From an uncultured Candidatus Saccharibacteria bacterium (lineage in GTDB: Bacteria > Patescibacteriota > WWE3 > JAUXAW01 > JAYEID01): DNA of 14,024 nucleotides. This document shows positions 13,164 through 14,024 of this stretch, piece by piece; position 1 is the stretch's first letter, and each line of letters begins with the position of its first letter. The notes below the pieces were generated by a model. It did not search any database. It was not told the DNA's origin and saw only the letters and a list, made by a program, of their open reading frames with translations. Made by a program: the position numbers and the translations under genes. Location of the stretch: contig CAZUPF010000004.1 of NCBI GenBank assembly GCA_964622035.1, positions 9,635 to 23,658 of the forward strand, in the 5' to 3' direction.

Positions 13164-14024
13164 ATGGAAAGTAAACTGCTCAAAACCCTATTACTAGCCG
13201 CACTCTCCGCCATCCCGTTTTATTTCCTGGGCCGGCTCTTTCTCACTTTTTGCGCCCGACCGGAGCTCGTTCTCGGCACTAGCCTGATCAAAAGCGGGCA
13301 GCTTGGTGGGATCCTGCTGCTTCTTCTAGCCATTGGCTTATTCTCTAGCCTCCTCCCAGCATTTTCCCCGAACACCCTTCCGCTAGCACTCTCGGCACTC
13401 TTCTCGAGCAGCATCTTCCTGCTCCCTCTCCTAATAGAAAGGACGGTCCGCCCGGCGATCTCCCTAGCCCTAGCCACTGTTGTCTTCCTGGCCCTCATTT
13501 TTAATGCAACGCAAATTACCAGCGAAATCAAAAATTATATTAAATTTTCCCCCGCCAAAATTTTCCCATCCAAGGTCCGCCGGTTACTCTTTCTCCTTGC
13601 TCTCGGGGTTTCGACCGGGTTCGGGTTCCAGTACTCACAGAAGATTCAGCGGGAGGGGTTCGCGCTTCCGGAGAGTGTTATTAATACCGCCCTCGGCCCC
13701 ATCGTCGCCATTCTCGAAAACCAACTGGGGGGGCAAATTGAGCAGCTACTCGGCGATAAATTTGAAGCCCAGATCGGCACTCGGGACCAAGAGGACATTT
13801 TAAAATACCTTAAAGACGAAACCGCCGAAACTCTAGAAGAGGGGCAGGGCCGGAAACAATTTGGCCTCACTCCCGAGAACCTCAATCTCGACAAAGTGGA
13901 AATTGGCACCGGCGGCTCCCTGGAACTATCAGAGGCCGCTGCTGGACTCGCGCCAGCACTTAAAAACCAAATCGACACTATGATCGCCCCCTACATTAAA
14001 TTCATCCCCATCCTCGCCGGCCTC
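13164..14024 (+). CDS. Multi-pass membrane protein of unknown function, 3'-truncated by the window end (at least 287 aa).
   Basis: Open in frame to the window end. Four or more hydrophobic helices in the first ~150 aa (LLKTLLLAALSAIPFYFLG; LGGILLLLLAIGLFSSLL; LALSALFSSSIFLLPLL; ISLALATVVFLALIF; LLFLLALGVSTGFGF), then a soluble region. SD GAGGAGG 14 nt upstream. Confidence 0.6.
   Translation, partial: MESKLLKTLLLAALSAIPFYFLGRLFLTFCARPELVLGTSLIKSGQLGGILLLLLAIGLFSSLLPAFSPNTLPLALSALFSSSIFLLPLLIERTVRPAISLALATVVFLALIFNATQITSEIKNYIKFSPAKIFPSKVRRLLFLLALGVSTGFGFQYSQKIQREGFALPESVINTALGPIVAILENQLGGQIEQLLGDKFEAQIGTRDQEDILKYLKDETAETLEEGQGRKQFGLTPENLNLDKVEIGTGGSLELSEAAAGLAPALKNQIDTMIAPYIKFIPILAGL

Noticed and set aside
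1-14024. CRISPR arrays, IS/transposase, integrase or phage genes, and toxin-antitoxin pairs.
   Set aside because: No spaced direct repeats, terminal inverted repeats, or recombinase/transposase-like ORFs were seen. All intergenic regions are under 250 nt and are accounted for by promoter or terminator signals.

Overview
This is a bacterial chromosomal segment of roughly mid-50s %GC, with no ribosomal operon, no CRISPR array and no obvious mobile element. There are 15 supportable protein genes, one tRNA, and short intergenic spacers that each hold a promoter or terminator signal. Gene order is as follows. (1) A tripartite MacAB-like efflux operon: HlyD-family adaptor, ABC ATPase, FtsX-family permease. 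(2) Convergent on the minus strand, an MBL-fold metallo-hydrolase followed by a 549-aa membrane protein of unknown function. (3) A flotillin (SPFH/band-7, FloT-like) operon. It has a textbook TTGACA-17-TATAAT promoter and a ~145-nt leader that carries an SD-driven 2-codon mini-ORF (AUG AUC UGA). The flotillin gene starts at GTG with a strong SD. A perfect 11-bp hairpin lies between flotillin and an Arg-rich coiled-coil partner gene, and a strong intrinsic terminator closes the unit. (4) A DUF4349-like bitopic membrane coiled-coil protein and a tiny 4-Cys zinc-ribbon protein with an acidic tail. (5) An orphan, GC-rich 171-aa gene on the minus strand. (6) tig-clpP-tRNA-Val(GAC). The trigger factor lacks its central PPIase domain, and no clpX follows. 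(7) A DHH/DHHA2 protein similar to family-II inorganic pyrophosphatase but with apparent substitutions at metal-site residues. (8) A small minus-strand hypothetical and a 3'-truncated multi-TM membrane protein. Recurring theme: several genes (MBL hydrolase, tig, DHH, probably the efflux adaptor) are preceded by an extended -10 element TGCTAGAAT-like placed only 6-9 nt from the ATG. That implies leaderless or near-leaderless mRNAs. The most system-like candidate is the flotillin + Arg-rich coiled-coil + DUF4349 + Zn-ribbon neighbourhood, which differs from the canonical flotillin-NfeD pairing. All functional calls come from motif and family recognition by eye; no searches were run.
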